NCBI GenBank assembly: GCA_964016885.1 | Contig: OZ024750.1 | Location: 37,944,001 to 38,008,000 of the forward strand | Reading direction: 5' to 3' | DNA: 64,000 nt | Origin: Eledone cirrhosa | Lineage: Eukaryota | In this document: piece after piece, positions 1 to 14,100 of the stretch | How positions within the stretch are numbered: the stretch's first letter is position 1 | Layout of the letters: each line of letters opens with the position of its first letter | Translations under genes and position numbers: made by a program | The notes under the pieces: model-generated | The model's input: the letters and a program-made list of their open reading frames with translations, nothing else | Databases searched by the model: none | What the model was told of the DNA's origin: nothing

Positions 1-3000
1 GTGATGTAGCATGAAGCTATGACTAACCTGTACACTGTATATGATGTACCATGAAGCTATGACTAACATGTACACTGTATGCGAAGTACCATGAAGCTAT
101 GACTAACCTGTACACTGTATGTGATGTACCATGAAGCTATGACTAACCTGTACACTGTATGTGATGTACCATGAAGCTATGACTAACCTGTACACTGTAT
201 GTGATGTACCATGAAGCTATGACTAACCTATACACTGTATGTGTTGTACCATGTAGCTATGACTAATCTATACACTGTATGTGATGTACCATGAAGCTAT
301 GGCTAACCTGTACACTGTATGTGATGTACCATGAAGCTATGGCTAACCTGTACACTGTATGTGATGTACCATGAAGTTATGACTAACATGTACACTGTAT
401 GTGATGTACCATGAAGCTATGACTAACCTGTACACTGTATGTGATGTACCATGAATCTATGGCTGACCTGTACACTGTATGTGATGTACCGTGAAGCTAT
501 GACTAACCTATACACTCTATGTGATGTACCATGAAGCTATGTCTAACCTGTACACCGTATGTGATGTACCATGAAGCTATGACTAACCTATACACTGTAT
601 GTGATGTACCATGAAGCTATGACTAACCTGTACACTGTATGTGATGTACCATGAAGCTATAACTAACCTATACACTGTATGTGATGTACCATGCAGCTAT
701 GACTAACCTGTACACTGTATGTGATGTACCATGAAGCTATGGCTAACCTGTACACTGTATGTGATGTACCATGAAGCTATGGCTAACCTGTACACTGTAT
801 GTGATGTACCATGAAGTTATAGCTAACCTGTACACTGTATGTGATGTACCATGAAGCTATGACTAATCTGTACACTGTATGTGATGTACCATGAAGCTAT
901 ACCTAACCCGTACACTGTATGTGATGTAGCATGAAGCTATGACTAACCTGTACACTGTATGTGATGTACCATGAAGCTATGACTAACCTGTACACTGTAT
1001 GTGATGTAACATGAAGCTATAGCTAACCTGTACACTGTATGTGATGTACCATGAAGCTATGACTAACCTGTACACTGTATGTGATGTACCATGAAGCTAT
1101 GGCTAACCTGTACACTGTATATGATGTACCATGAAGCTATGACTAACCTTTACACTGTATGTGATGTACCATGAAGCTATGGCTAACATGTACACTGTAT
1201 GTGATGTACCATGAAGCTATGACTAACCTGTACACTGTATGTGATGTACCATGAAGCTATGGCTAACCTGTACACTGTATGTGATGTACCATGAAGCTAT
1301 GACTAACCTGTACACTGTATGTGATGTTCCATGAAGCTATGACTAACCTGTATACTGTATGTGATGTACCATGAAGCTATGGCTAACCTGTACACTGTAT
1401 GTGATGTACCATGAAGCTATGACTAACCTGTACACTGTATATGATGTACCATGAAGCTATGACTAACATGTACACTGTATGCGATGTACCATGAAGCTAT
1501 GACTAACCTGTACACTGTATGTGATGTACCATGAAGCTATGACTAACCTGTACACTGTATGTGATGTACCATGAAGTTATGACTAACCTGTACACTGTAT
1601 GTGATGTACCATGAAGCTATGACTAAACTATACACTGTATGTGATGTACCATGTAGCTATGACTAACCTTTACACTGTATGTGATGTACCATGAAGCTAT
1701 GGCTAACCTGTACACTGTATGTTATGTACCATGAACCTATGGCTAACCTGTACACTGTATGTGATGTACCATGAAGTTATGACTAACATGTACACTGTAT
1801 GTGATGTACCATGAAGCTATAGCTAACCTATACACTGTATGTGATGTACCATGAAGCTATGACTAACCTGTACACTGTATGTGATGTACCATGAAGCTAT
1901 GACTAACCTATACACTGTATGTGATGTACCATGAAGCTATGACTAACCTGTACAATGAATGTGATGTACCATGAAGCTATGACTAACATGTACACTGTAT
2001 GTGATGTAACATGAAGCTATGACTAACCTGTACACTGTATGTGATGTACCATGAAGCTATGCTAACCTGTACAATGTATGTGATGTACCATGAAGCTATG
2101 GCTAACCTGTACAATGTATGTGATGTACCATGAAGCTATGACTAACCTATACACTGTATGTGATGTACCATGAAGCTATGACTAACCTGTACACTGTATG
2201 TGATGTACCATGAAGCTATGGCTAACCTGTACACTGTATGTGATGTACCATGAAGCTATGACTAATCTGTACACTGTATGTGATGTACCATGAAGCTATA
2301 GCTAACCCGTACACTGTATGTGATGTACCATGAAGCTATGACTAACCTGTACACTGTATGTGATGTACCATGAAGCTATGACTAACCTGTACACTGTATG
2401 TGATGTAACATGAAGCTATAGCTAACCTGTACACTGTATGTGATGTACCATGAAGCTATGACTAACCTGTACACTGTATGTGATGTACCATGAAGCTATA
2501 GCTAACCTATACACTGTATGTGATGTACCATGAAACTATGACTAACCTGTACACTGTATGTGATGTACCATGAAGCTATGACTAACCTGTACACTGTATG
2601 TGATGTTCCATGAAGATATGACTAACCTGTACACTATGTGATGTACCATGAAGCTATGGCTAACCTGTACACTGTATGTGATGTAGCATGAAGCTATGAC
2701 TAACCTGTACACTGTATATGATGTACCATGAAGCTATGATTAACATGTACACTGTATGCGATGTACCATGAAGCTATGACTAACCTGTACACTGTATGTG
2801 ATGTACCATGAAGCTATGACTAACCTGTACACTGTATGTGATGTACCATGAAGCTATGACTAACCTATACACTGTATGTGTTGTACCATGTAGCTATGAC
2901 TAACCTATACACTGTATGTGATGTACCATGAAGATATGACTAACCTGTACACTATGTGATGTACCATGAAGCTATGGCTAACCTGTACACTGTATGTGAT

Positions 3001-6000
3001 GTACCATGAAGCTATGACTAACCTGTACACTGTATATGATGTACCATCAAGCTATGATTAACATGTACACTGTATGCGATGTACCATGAAGCTATGACTA
3101 ACCTGTACACTGTATGTGATGTACCATGAAGCTATGACTAACCTGTACACTGTATGTGATGTACCATGAAGCTATGACTAACCTATACACTGTATGTGTT
3201 GTACCATGTAGCTATGACTAACCTATACACTGTATGTGATGTACCATGAAGCTATGGCTAACCTGTACACTGTATGTGATGTACCATGAAGCTATGGCTA
3301 ACCTGTACACTCTATGTGATGTACCATGAAGCTATGTCTAACCTGTACACCGTATGTGATGTACCATGAAGCTATGACTAACCTATACACTGTATGTGAT
3401 GTACCATGAAGCTATGACTAACCTGTACACTGTATGTGATGTACCATGAAGCTATGACTAACCTATACACTGTATGTGATGTACCATGCAGCTATGACTA
3501 ACCTGTGAACTGTATGTGATGTACCATGAAGCTATGGCTATCCTGTACACTGTATGTGATGTACCATGAAGCTATGTCTAACCTGTACACTGTATGTGAT
3601 GTACCATGAAGTTATAGCTAACCTGTACACTGTATGTGATGTATTATGAAGCTATGACTAATCTGTACACTGTATGTGATGTACCATGAAGCTATGACTA
3701 ATCTGTACACTGTATGTGAAGTAACATGAAGCTATAGCTAACCTGTACACTGTATGTGATGTACCATGAAGCTATGATTAACCTATACACTGTATGTGAT
3801 GTACCATGAAGCTATAGCTAACCTGTACACTGTATGTGATGTACCATGAAGTTATAGCTAACCTGTGCACTGTATGTGATGTACCATGAAGCTATGACTA
3901 ACCTGTACACTGTATGTGATGTACCATGAAGCTATGACTAACCTATACACTGTATGTGATGTACCATGAAGCTATGACTAACCTTTACACTGTATGTGAT
4001 GTACCATGAATTCTATGACTAACCTGTACACTGTATGTGATGTACCATGAAGCTATGACTAACCTATACACTGTATGTGATGTACCATGAAGCTATGACT
4101 AACCTTTACACTGTATGTGATGTACCATGAAGCTATGGCTAACCTGTACACTGTATGTGATGTACCATGAAGCTATGGCTAACCTGTGCACTGTATGTGA
4201 TGTACCATGAAGTTATAGCTAACCTGTACATTGTATGTGATGTTCCATGAAGCAATGACTAACCTGTCCACTGTATGTGATGTAACATGAAGCTATAGCT
4301 AACCTGTACTCTGTATGTGATGTACCATGAAGCTATGACTAACCTGTACACTGTATGTGATGTACCATGAAGCTATGGCTAACCTGTACACTGTATGTGA
4401 TGTACCATGAAGCTATGTCTAACCTGTACATTGTATGTGATGTTCCATGAAGCAATGACTAACCTGTACACTGTATGTGATGTACCATGAAGCTATGGCT
4501 AACCTGTACACTGTATGTGATGTACCATGAAGCTATGACTAACCTGTACACTGTATATGATGTACCATGAAGCTATGACTAACATGTACACTGTATGCGA
4601 TGTACCATGAAGCTATGACTAACCTGTACACTGTATGTGATGTACCATGAAGCTATGACTAACCTGTACACTGTATGTGATGTACCATGAAGCTATGACT
4701 AACCTGTACACTGTATGTGATGTACTATGATGCTATGACTAACCTATACACTGTATGTGATGTACCATGTAGCTATGATTAACCTTTACACTGTATGTGA
4801 TGTACCATGAAGCTATGGCTAACCTGTACACTGTATGTGATGTACCATGACCCTATGGCTAACCTGTACACTGTATGTGATGTACCATGAAGTTATGACT
4901 AACATGTACACTGTATGTGATGTACCATGAAGCTATGACTAACCTGTACACTGTATGTGATGTACCATGAAGCTATGACTAACCTGTACACTGTATGTGA
5001 TGTACCATGAAGCTATGGCTAACCTGTACACTGTATGTGATGTACCATGAAGCTATGGCTAACCTGTACACTGTATGTGATGTACCATGAAGCTGTGGCT
5101 AACCTGTACACTGTATGTGATGTACCATGAAGCTATGGCTAACCTGTACACTGTATGTGATGTACCATGAAGCTATGACTAACCTGTACACTGTATGTGA
5201 TGTACCATGAAGCTATAGCTAACCTGTACACTCTATGTGATGTACCATGAAGCTATGGCTAACCTGTACACTGTATGTGATGTACCATGAAGCCATGACT
5301 AACCAGTACACTGTATATGATGTACCATGAAGCTATGACTAACCTTTACACTGTATGTGATGTACCATGAAGCTATGGCTAACATGTACACTGTATGTGA
5401 TGTACCATGAAGCTATGACTAACCTGTACACTGTATGTGATGTACCATGAAGCTATGGCTAACCTGTACACTGTATGTGATGTACCATGAAGCTATGACT
5501 AACCTGTACACTGTATGTGATGTTCCATGAAGCTATGACTAACCTGTACACTGTATGTGATGTACCATGAAGCTATGACTAACCTGTACACTGTATATGA
5601 TGTACCATGAAGCTATGACTAACCTGTACACTGTATGTGATGTAGCATGAAGCTATGACTAACCTGTACACTGTATATGATGTACCATGAAGCTATGACT
5701 AACATGTACACTGTATGCGAAGTACCATGAAGCTATGACTAACCTGTACACTGTATGTGATGTACCATGAAGCTATGACTAACCTGTACACTGTATGTGA
5801 TGTACCATGAAGCTATGACTAACCTGTACACTGTATGTGATGTACCATGAAGCTATGACTAACCTATACACTGTATGTGTTGTACCATGTAGCTATGACT
5901 AATCTATACACTGTATGTGATGTACCATGAAGCTATGGCTAACCTGTACACTGTATGTGATGTACCATGAAGCTATGGCTAACCTGTACACTGTATGTGA

Positions 6001-8196
6001 TGTACCATGAAGTTATGACTAACATGTACACTGTATGTGATGTACCATGAAGCTATGACTAACCTGTACACTGTATGTGATGTACCATGAATCTATGGCT
6101 GACCTGTACACTGTATGTGATGTACCGTGAAGCTATGACTAACCTATACACTCTATGTGATGTACCATGAAGCTATGTCTAACCTGTACACCGTATGTGA
6201 TGTACCATGAAGCTATGACTAACCTATACACTGTATGTGATGTACCATGAAGCTATGACTAACCTGTACACTGTATGTGATGTACCATGAAGCTATAACT
6301 AACCTATACACTGTATGTGATGTACCATGCAGCTATGACTAACCTGTACACTGTATGTGATGTACCATGAAGCTATGGCTAACCTGTACACTGTATGTGA
6401 TGTACCATGAAGCTATGGCTAACCTGTACACTGTATGTGATGTACCATGAAGTTATAGCTAACCTGTACACTGTATGTGATGTACCATGAAGCTATGACT
6501 AATCTGTACACTGTATGTGATGTACCATGAAGCTATACCTAACCCGTACACTGTATGTGATGTAGCATGAAGCTATGACTAACCTGTACACTGTATGTGA
6601 TGTACCATGAAGCTATGACTAACCTGTACACTGTATGTGATGTAACATGAAGCTATAGCTAACCTGTACACTGTATGTGATGTACCATGAAGCTATGACT
6701 AACCTGTACACTGTATGTGATGTACCATGAAGCTATGGCTAACCTGTACACTGTATATGATGTACCATGAAGCTATGACTAACCTTTACACTGTATGTGA
6801 TGTACCATGAAACTATGGCTAACATGTACACTGTATGTGATGTACCATGAAGCTATGACTAACCTGTACACTGTATGTGATGTACCATGAAGCTATGGCT
6901 AACCTGTACACTGTATGTGATGTACCATGAAGCTATGACTAACCTGTACACTGTATGTGATGTTCCATGAAGCTATGACTAACCTGTATACTGTATGTGA
7001 TGTACCATGAAGCTATGGCTAACCTGTACACTGTATGTGATGTACCATGAAGCTATGACTAACCTGTACACTGTATATGATGTACCATGAAGCTATGACT
7101 AACATGTACACTGTATGCGATGTACCATGAAGCTATGACTAACCTGTACACTGTATGTGATGTACCATGAAGCTATGACTAACCTGTACACTGTATGTGA
7201 TGTACCATGAAGTTATGACTAACCTGTACACTGTATGTGATGTACCATGAAGCTATGACTAAACTATACACTGTATGTGATGTACCATGTAGCTATGACT
7301 AACCTTTACACTGTATGTGATGTACCATGAAGCTATGGCTAACCTGTACACTGTATGTTATGTACCATGAACCTATGGCTAACCTGTACACTGTATGTGA
7401 TGTACCATGAAGTTATGACTAACATGTACACTGTATGTGATGTACCATGAAGCTATAGCTAACCTATACACTGTATGTGATGTACCATGAAGCTATGACT
7501 AACCTGTACACTGTATGTGATGTACCATGAAGCTATGACTAACCTATACACTGTATGTGATGTACCATGAAGCTATGACTAACCTGTACAATGAATGTGA
7601 TGTACCATGAAGCTATGACTAACATGTACACTGTATGTGATGTAACATGAAGCTATGACTAACCTGTACACTGTATGTGATGTACCATGAAGCTATGCTA
7701 ACCTGTACACTGTATGTGATGTACCATGAAGCTATGGCTAACCTGTACAATGTATGTGATGTACCATGAAGCTATGACTAACCTATACACTGTATGTGAT
7801 GTACCATGAAGCTATGACTAACCTGTACACTGTATGTGATGTACCATGAAGCTATGGCTAACCTGTACACTGTATGTGATGTACCATGAAGCTATGACTA
7901 ATCTGTACACTGTATGTGATGTACCATGAAGCTATAGCTAACCCGTACACTGTATGTGATGTACCATGAAGCTATGACTAACCTGTACACTGTATGTGAT
8001 GTACCATGAAGCTATGACTAACCTGTACACTGTATGTGATGTAACATGAAGCTATAGCTAACCTGTACACTGTATGTGATGTACCATGAAGCTATGACTA
8101 ACCTGTACACTGTATGTGATGTACCATGAAGCTATAGCTAACCTATACACTGTATGTGATGTACCATGAAACTATGACTAACCTGTACACTGTATG
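1..8196. repeat. Dispersed block duplication: 1-~2,560 repeated at 5,637-~8,196 (offset 5,636 bp = 141 monomers)
   Basis: Rare variants recur at a constant offset: GTGATGTAGC 1/5637, GCGAAGTACC 81/5717, GGCTGACC 461/6097, GTGAAG 491/6127, ACCTAACCCG 901/6537, TACAATGAAT 1951/7587, 39-bp monomer 2061/7697. 141x40 minus net 4 bp of intervening indels = 5,636. Confidence 0.93.
2610..3250. repeat. Local tandem duplication of 8 monomers (period 318 bp)
   Basis: GAAGATATG at 2612/2930, each in a 38-bp monomer with a GT deletion (ACACTATGTG). GATTAACATG at 2738/3056 and TGTGTTGTACCATGTAG at 2877/3195. Confidence 0.9.
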
Positions 8197-11100
8197 TTAT
8201 GTACCATGAAGCTATGGCTAACCTGTACACTGTATGTGATGTAACATGAAGCTATAGCTAACCTGTACACTGTATGTGATGTACCATGAAGCTATGACTA
8301 ACCTGTACACTGTATGTGATGTACCATGAAGCTATGGCTAACCTTTACACTGTATGTGATGTACCATGAAGCTATGGCTAACCTGTACACTGTATGTGAT
8401 GTACCATGAACCTATGGCTAACCTGTACACTGTATGTGATGTAACATGAAGTTATGACTAACATGTACACTCTATGTGATGTACCATGAAGCTATGACTA
8501 ACCTGTACACTGTATGTGATGTACCATGAATCTATGACTAACCTGTACACTGTATGTGATGTACCATGAAGCTATGACTAACCTGTACACCGTATGTGAT
8601 GTACCATGAAGCTATGACTAACCTATACACTGTATGTGATGTACCATGAAGCTATGACTAACCTGTACACTGTATGTGATGTACTATGAAGCTATAGCTA
8701 ACCTATACACTGTATGTGATGTACCATGAAGCTATGACTAACCTGTACACTGTATGTGATGTACCATGAAGCTATGACTAACCTGTACACTGTATGTGAT
8801 GTACCATGAATCTATGGCTAACCTGTACACTGTATGTGATGTACCATGAAGCTATGACTAACCTGTACACTGTATGTGATGTACCATGAAGCTATGACTA
8901 ACCTGTACACTGTATGTGATGTTCCATGAAGCTATGACTAACCTGTACACTGTATGTGATATACCATGAAGCTATGGCTAACCTGTACACTGTATGTGAT
9001 GTACCATGAAGCTATGACTAACCTGTACACTGTATATGATGTACCATGAAGCTATGACTAACATGTACACTGTATGTGATGTACCATGAAGCTATGACTA
9101 ACCTGTACACTGTATGTGATGTACCATGAAGCTATGGCTAACCTGTACACTGTATGTGATGTACCATGAAGCTATGGCTAACCTGTACACTGTATATGAT
9201 GTACCATGAAGCTATGACTAACCTTTACACTGTATGTGATGTACCATGAAGCTATGGCTAACATGTACACTGTATGTGATGTACCATGAAGCTATGACTA
9301 ACCTGTACACTGTATGTGATGTACCATGAAGCTATGGCTAACCTGTACACTGTATGTGATGTACCATGAAGCTATGACTAACCTGTACACTGTATGTGAT
9401 GTTCCATGAAGCTATGACTAACCTGTATACTGTATGTGATGTACCATGAAGCTATGGCTAACCTGTACACTGTATGTGATGTACCATGAAGCTATGACTA
9501 ACCTGTACACTGTATATGATGTACCATGAAGCTATGACTAACATGTACACTGTATGCGATGTACCATGAAGCTATGACTAACCTGTACACTGTATGTGAT
9601 GTACCATGAAGCTATGACTAACCTGTACACTGTATGTGATGTACCATGAAGTTATGACTAACCTGTACACTGTATGTGATGTACCATGAAGCTATGACTA
9701 AACTATACACTGTATGTGATGTACCATGTAGCTATGACTAACCTTTACACTGTATGTGATGTACCATGAAGCTATGGCTAACCTGTACACTGTATGTGAT
9801 GTACCATGAACCTATGGCTAACCTGTACACTGTATGTGATGTACCATGAAGTTATGACTAACATGTACACTGTATGTGATGTACCATGAAGCTATAGCTA
9901 ACCTATACACTGTATGTGATGTACCATGAAGCTATGACTAACCTGTACACTGTATGTGATGTACCATGAAGCTATGACTAACCTATACACTGTATGTGAT
10001 GTACCATGAAGCTATGACTAACCTGTACAATGAATGTGATGTACCATGAAGCTATGACTACCATGTACACTGTATGTGATGTACCATGAAGCTATGACTA
10101 ACCTGTACACTGTATGTGATGTACCATGAAGCTATGCTAACCTGTACACTGTATGTGATGTACCATGAAGCTATGGCTAACCTGTACACTGTATGTGATG
10201 TACCATGAAGCTATGACTAACCTGTACACTGTATGTGATGTACCATGAAGCTATGGCTAACCTGTACACTGTATGTGATGTACCATGAAGCTATGGCTAA
10301 CCTGTACACTGTATATGATGTAACATGAAGCTATGACTAACCTTTACACTGTATGTGATGTACCATGAAGCTATGGCTAACATGTACACTGTATGTGATG
10401 TACCATGAAGCTATGACTAACCTGTACACTGTATGTGATGTACCATGAAGCTATGGCTAACCTGTACACTGTATGTGATGTACCATGAAGCTATGACTAA
10501 CCTGTACACTGTATGTGATGTTCCATGAAGCTATGACTAACCTGTATACTGTATGTGATGTACCATGAAGCTATGGCTAACCTGTACACTGTATGTGATG
10601 TACCATGAAGCTATGACTAACCTGTACACTGTATATGATGTACCATGAAGCTATGACTAACATGTACACTGTATGCGATGTACCATGAAGCTCTGACTAA
10701 CCTGTACACTGTATGTGATGTACCATGAAGCTATGACTAACCTGTACACTGTATGTGATGTACCATGAAGTTATGACTAACCTGTACACTGTATGTGATG
10801 TACCATGAAGCTATGACTAAACTATACACTGTATGTGATGTACCATGTAGCTATGACTAACCTTTACACTGTATGTGATGTACCATGAAGCTATGGCTAA
10901 CCTGTACACTGTATGTGATGTACCATGAACCTATGGCTAACCTGTACACTGTATGTGATGTACCATGAAGTTATGACTAACATGTACACTGTATGTGATG
11001 TACCATGAAGCTATAGCTAACCTATACACTGTATGTGATGTACCATGAAGCTATGACTAACCTGTACACTGTATGTGATGTACCATGAAGCTATGACTAA

Positions 11101-14100
11101 CCTGTACAATGAATGTGATGTACCATGAAGCTATGACTAACATGTACACTGTATGTGATGTACCATGAAGCTATGACTAACCTGTACACTGTATGTGATC
11201 TACCATGAAGCTATGCTAACCTGTACACTGTATGTGATGTACCATGAAGCTATGACTAACCTGTACACTGTATGTGATGTACCATGAAGCTATGGCTAAC
11301 CTGTACACTGTATGTGATGTACCATGAAGCTATGACTAACCTGTACACTGTATGTGATGTACCATGAAGCTATGGCTAACCTGTACACTGTATGTGATGT
11401 ACCATGAAGCTATGACTAATCTGTACACTGTATGTGATGTACCATGAAACTATAGCTAACCCGTACACTGTATGTGATGTACCATGAAGCTATGGCTAAC
11501 CTGTACACTGTATGTGATGTACCATGAAGCTATTACTAACCTGTACACTGTATGTGATGTAACATGAAGCTATAGCTAACCTGTACACTGTATGTGATGT
11601 ACCATGAAGCTATGACTAACCTGTACACTGTATGTGATGTACCATGAAGCTATAGCTAACCTATACACTGTATGTGATGTACCATGAAACTATGACTAAC
11701 CTGTACACTGTATGTTATGTACCATGAAGCTATGGCTAACCTGTACACTGTATGTGATGTAACATGAAGCTATAGCTAACCTGTACACTGTATGTGATGT
11801 ACCATGAAGCTATGACTAACCTGTACACTGTATGTGATGTACCATGAAGCTATGACTAACCTGTACACTGTATGTGATGTACCATGAAGCTATGGCTAAC
11901 CTTTACACTGTATGTGATGTACCATGAAGCTATGGCTAACCTGTACACTGTATGTGATGTACCATGAACCTATGGCTAACCTGTACACTGTATGTGATGT
12001 ACCATGAAGTTATGACTAACATGTACACTCTATGTGATGTACCATGAAGCTATGACTAACCTGTACACTGTATGTGATGTACCATGAATCTATGACTAAC
12101 CTGTACACTGTATGTGATGTACCATGAAGCTATGACTAACCTGTACACCGTATGTGATGTACCATGAAGCTATGACTAACCTATACACTGTATGTGATGT
12201 ACCATGAAGCTATGACTAACCTGTACACTGTATGTGATGTACCATGAAGCTATAACTAACCTATACACTGTATGTGATGTACCATGCAGCTATGACTAAC
12301 CTGTACACTGTATGTGATGTACCATGAAGCTATGGCTAACCTGTACACTGTATGTGATGTACCATGAAGCTATGGCTAACCTGTACACTGTATGTGATGT
12401 ACCATGAAGTTATAGCTAACCTGTACACTGTATGTGATGTACCATGAAGCTATGACTAATCTGTACACTGTATGTGATGTACCATGAAGCTATACCTAAC
12501 CCGTACACTGTATGTGATGTAGCATGAAGCTATGACTAACCTGTACACTGTATGTGATGTACCATGAAGCTATGACTAACCTGTACACTGTATGTGATGT
12601 AACATGAAGCTATAGCTAACCTGTACACTGTATGTGATGTACCATGAAGCTATGACTAACCTGTACACTGTATGTGATGTACCATGAAGCTATGGCTAAC
12701 CTGTACACTGTATATGATGTACCATGAAGCTATGACTAACCTTTACACTGTATGTGATGTACCATGAAACTATGGCTAACATGTACACTGTATGTGATGT
12801 ACCATGAAGCTATGACTAACCTGTACACTGTATGTGATGTACCATGAAGCTATGGCTAACCTGTACACTGTATGTGATGTACCATGAAGCTATGACTAAC
12901 CTGTACACTGTATGTGATGTTCCATGAAGCTATGACTAACCTGTATACTGTATGTGATGTACCATGAAGCTATGGCTAACCTGTACACTGTATGTGATGT
13001 ACCATGAAGCTATGACTAACCTGTACACTGTATATGATGTACCATGAAGCTATGACTAACATGTACACTGTATGCGATGTACCATGAAGCTATGACTAAC
13101 CTGTACACTGTATGTGATGTACCATGAAGCTATGACTAACCTGTACACTGTATGTGATGTACCATGAAGTTATGACTAACCTGTACACTGTATGTGATGT
13201 ACCATGAAGCTATGACTAAACTATACACTGTATGTGATGTACCATGTAGCTATGACTAACCTTTACACTGTATGTGATGTACCATGAAGCTATGGCTAAC
13301 CTGTACACTGTATGTTATGTACCATGAACCTATGGCTAACCTGTACACTGTATGTGATGTACCATGAAGTTATGACTAACATGTACACTGTATGTGATGT
13401 ACCATGAAGCTATAGCTAACCTATACACTGTATGTGATGTACCATGAAGCTATGACTAACCTGTACACTGTATGTGATGTACCATGAAGCTATGACTAAC
13501 CTATACACTGTATGTGATGTACCATGAAGCTATGACTAACCTGTACAATGAATGTGATGTACCATGAAGCTATGACTAACATGTACACTGTATGTGATGT
13601 AACATGAAGCTATGACTAACCTGTACACTGTATGTGATGTACCATGAAGCTATGCTAACCTGTACACTGTATGTGATGTACCATGAAGCTATGGCTAACC
13701 TGTACAATGTATGTGATGTACCATGAAGCTATGACTAACCTATACACTGTATGTGATGTACCATGAAGCTATGACTAACCTGTACACTGTATGTGATGTA
13801 CCATGAAGCTATGGCTAACCTGTACACTGTATGTGATGTACCATGAAGCTATGACTAATCTGTACACTGTATGTGATGTACCATGAAGCTATAGCTAACC
13901 CGTACACTGTATGTGATGTACCATGAAGCTATGACTAACCTGTACACTGTATGTGATGTACCATGAAGCTATGACTAACCTGTACACTGTATGTGATGTA
14001 ACATGAAGCTATAGCTAACCTGTACACTGTATGTGATGTACCATGAAGCTATGACTAACCTGTACACTGTATGTGATGTACCATGAAGCTATAGCTAACC

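Noticed and set aside
20-26. AP-1/Yap-like TGACTAA motif, and steroid-receptor-like or Pumilio-like TGTACA, in each monomer
   Set aside because: These are short or partial matches expected by chance, and there is no host, gene or binding evidence.
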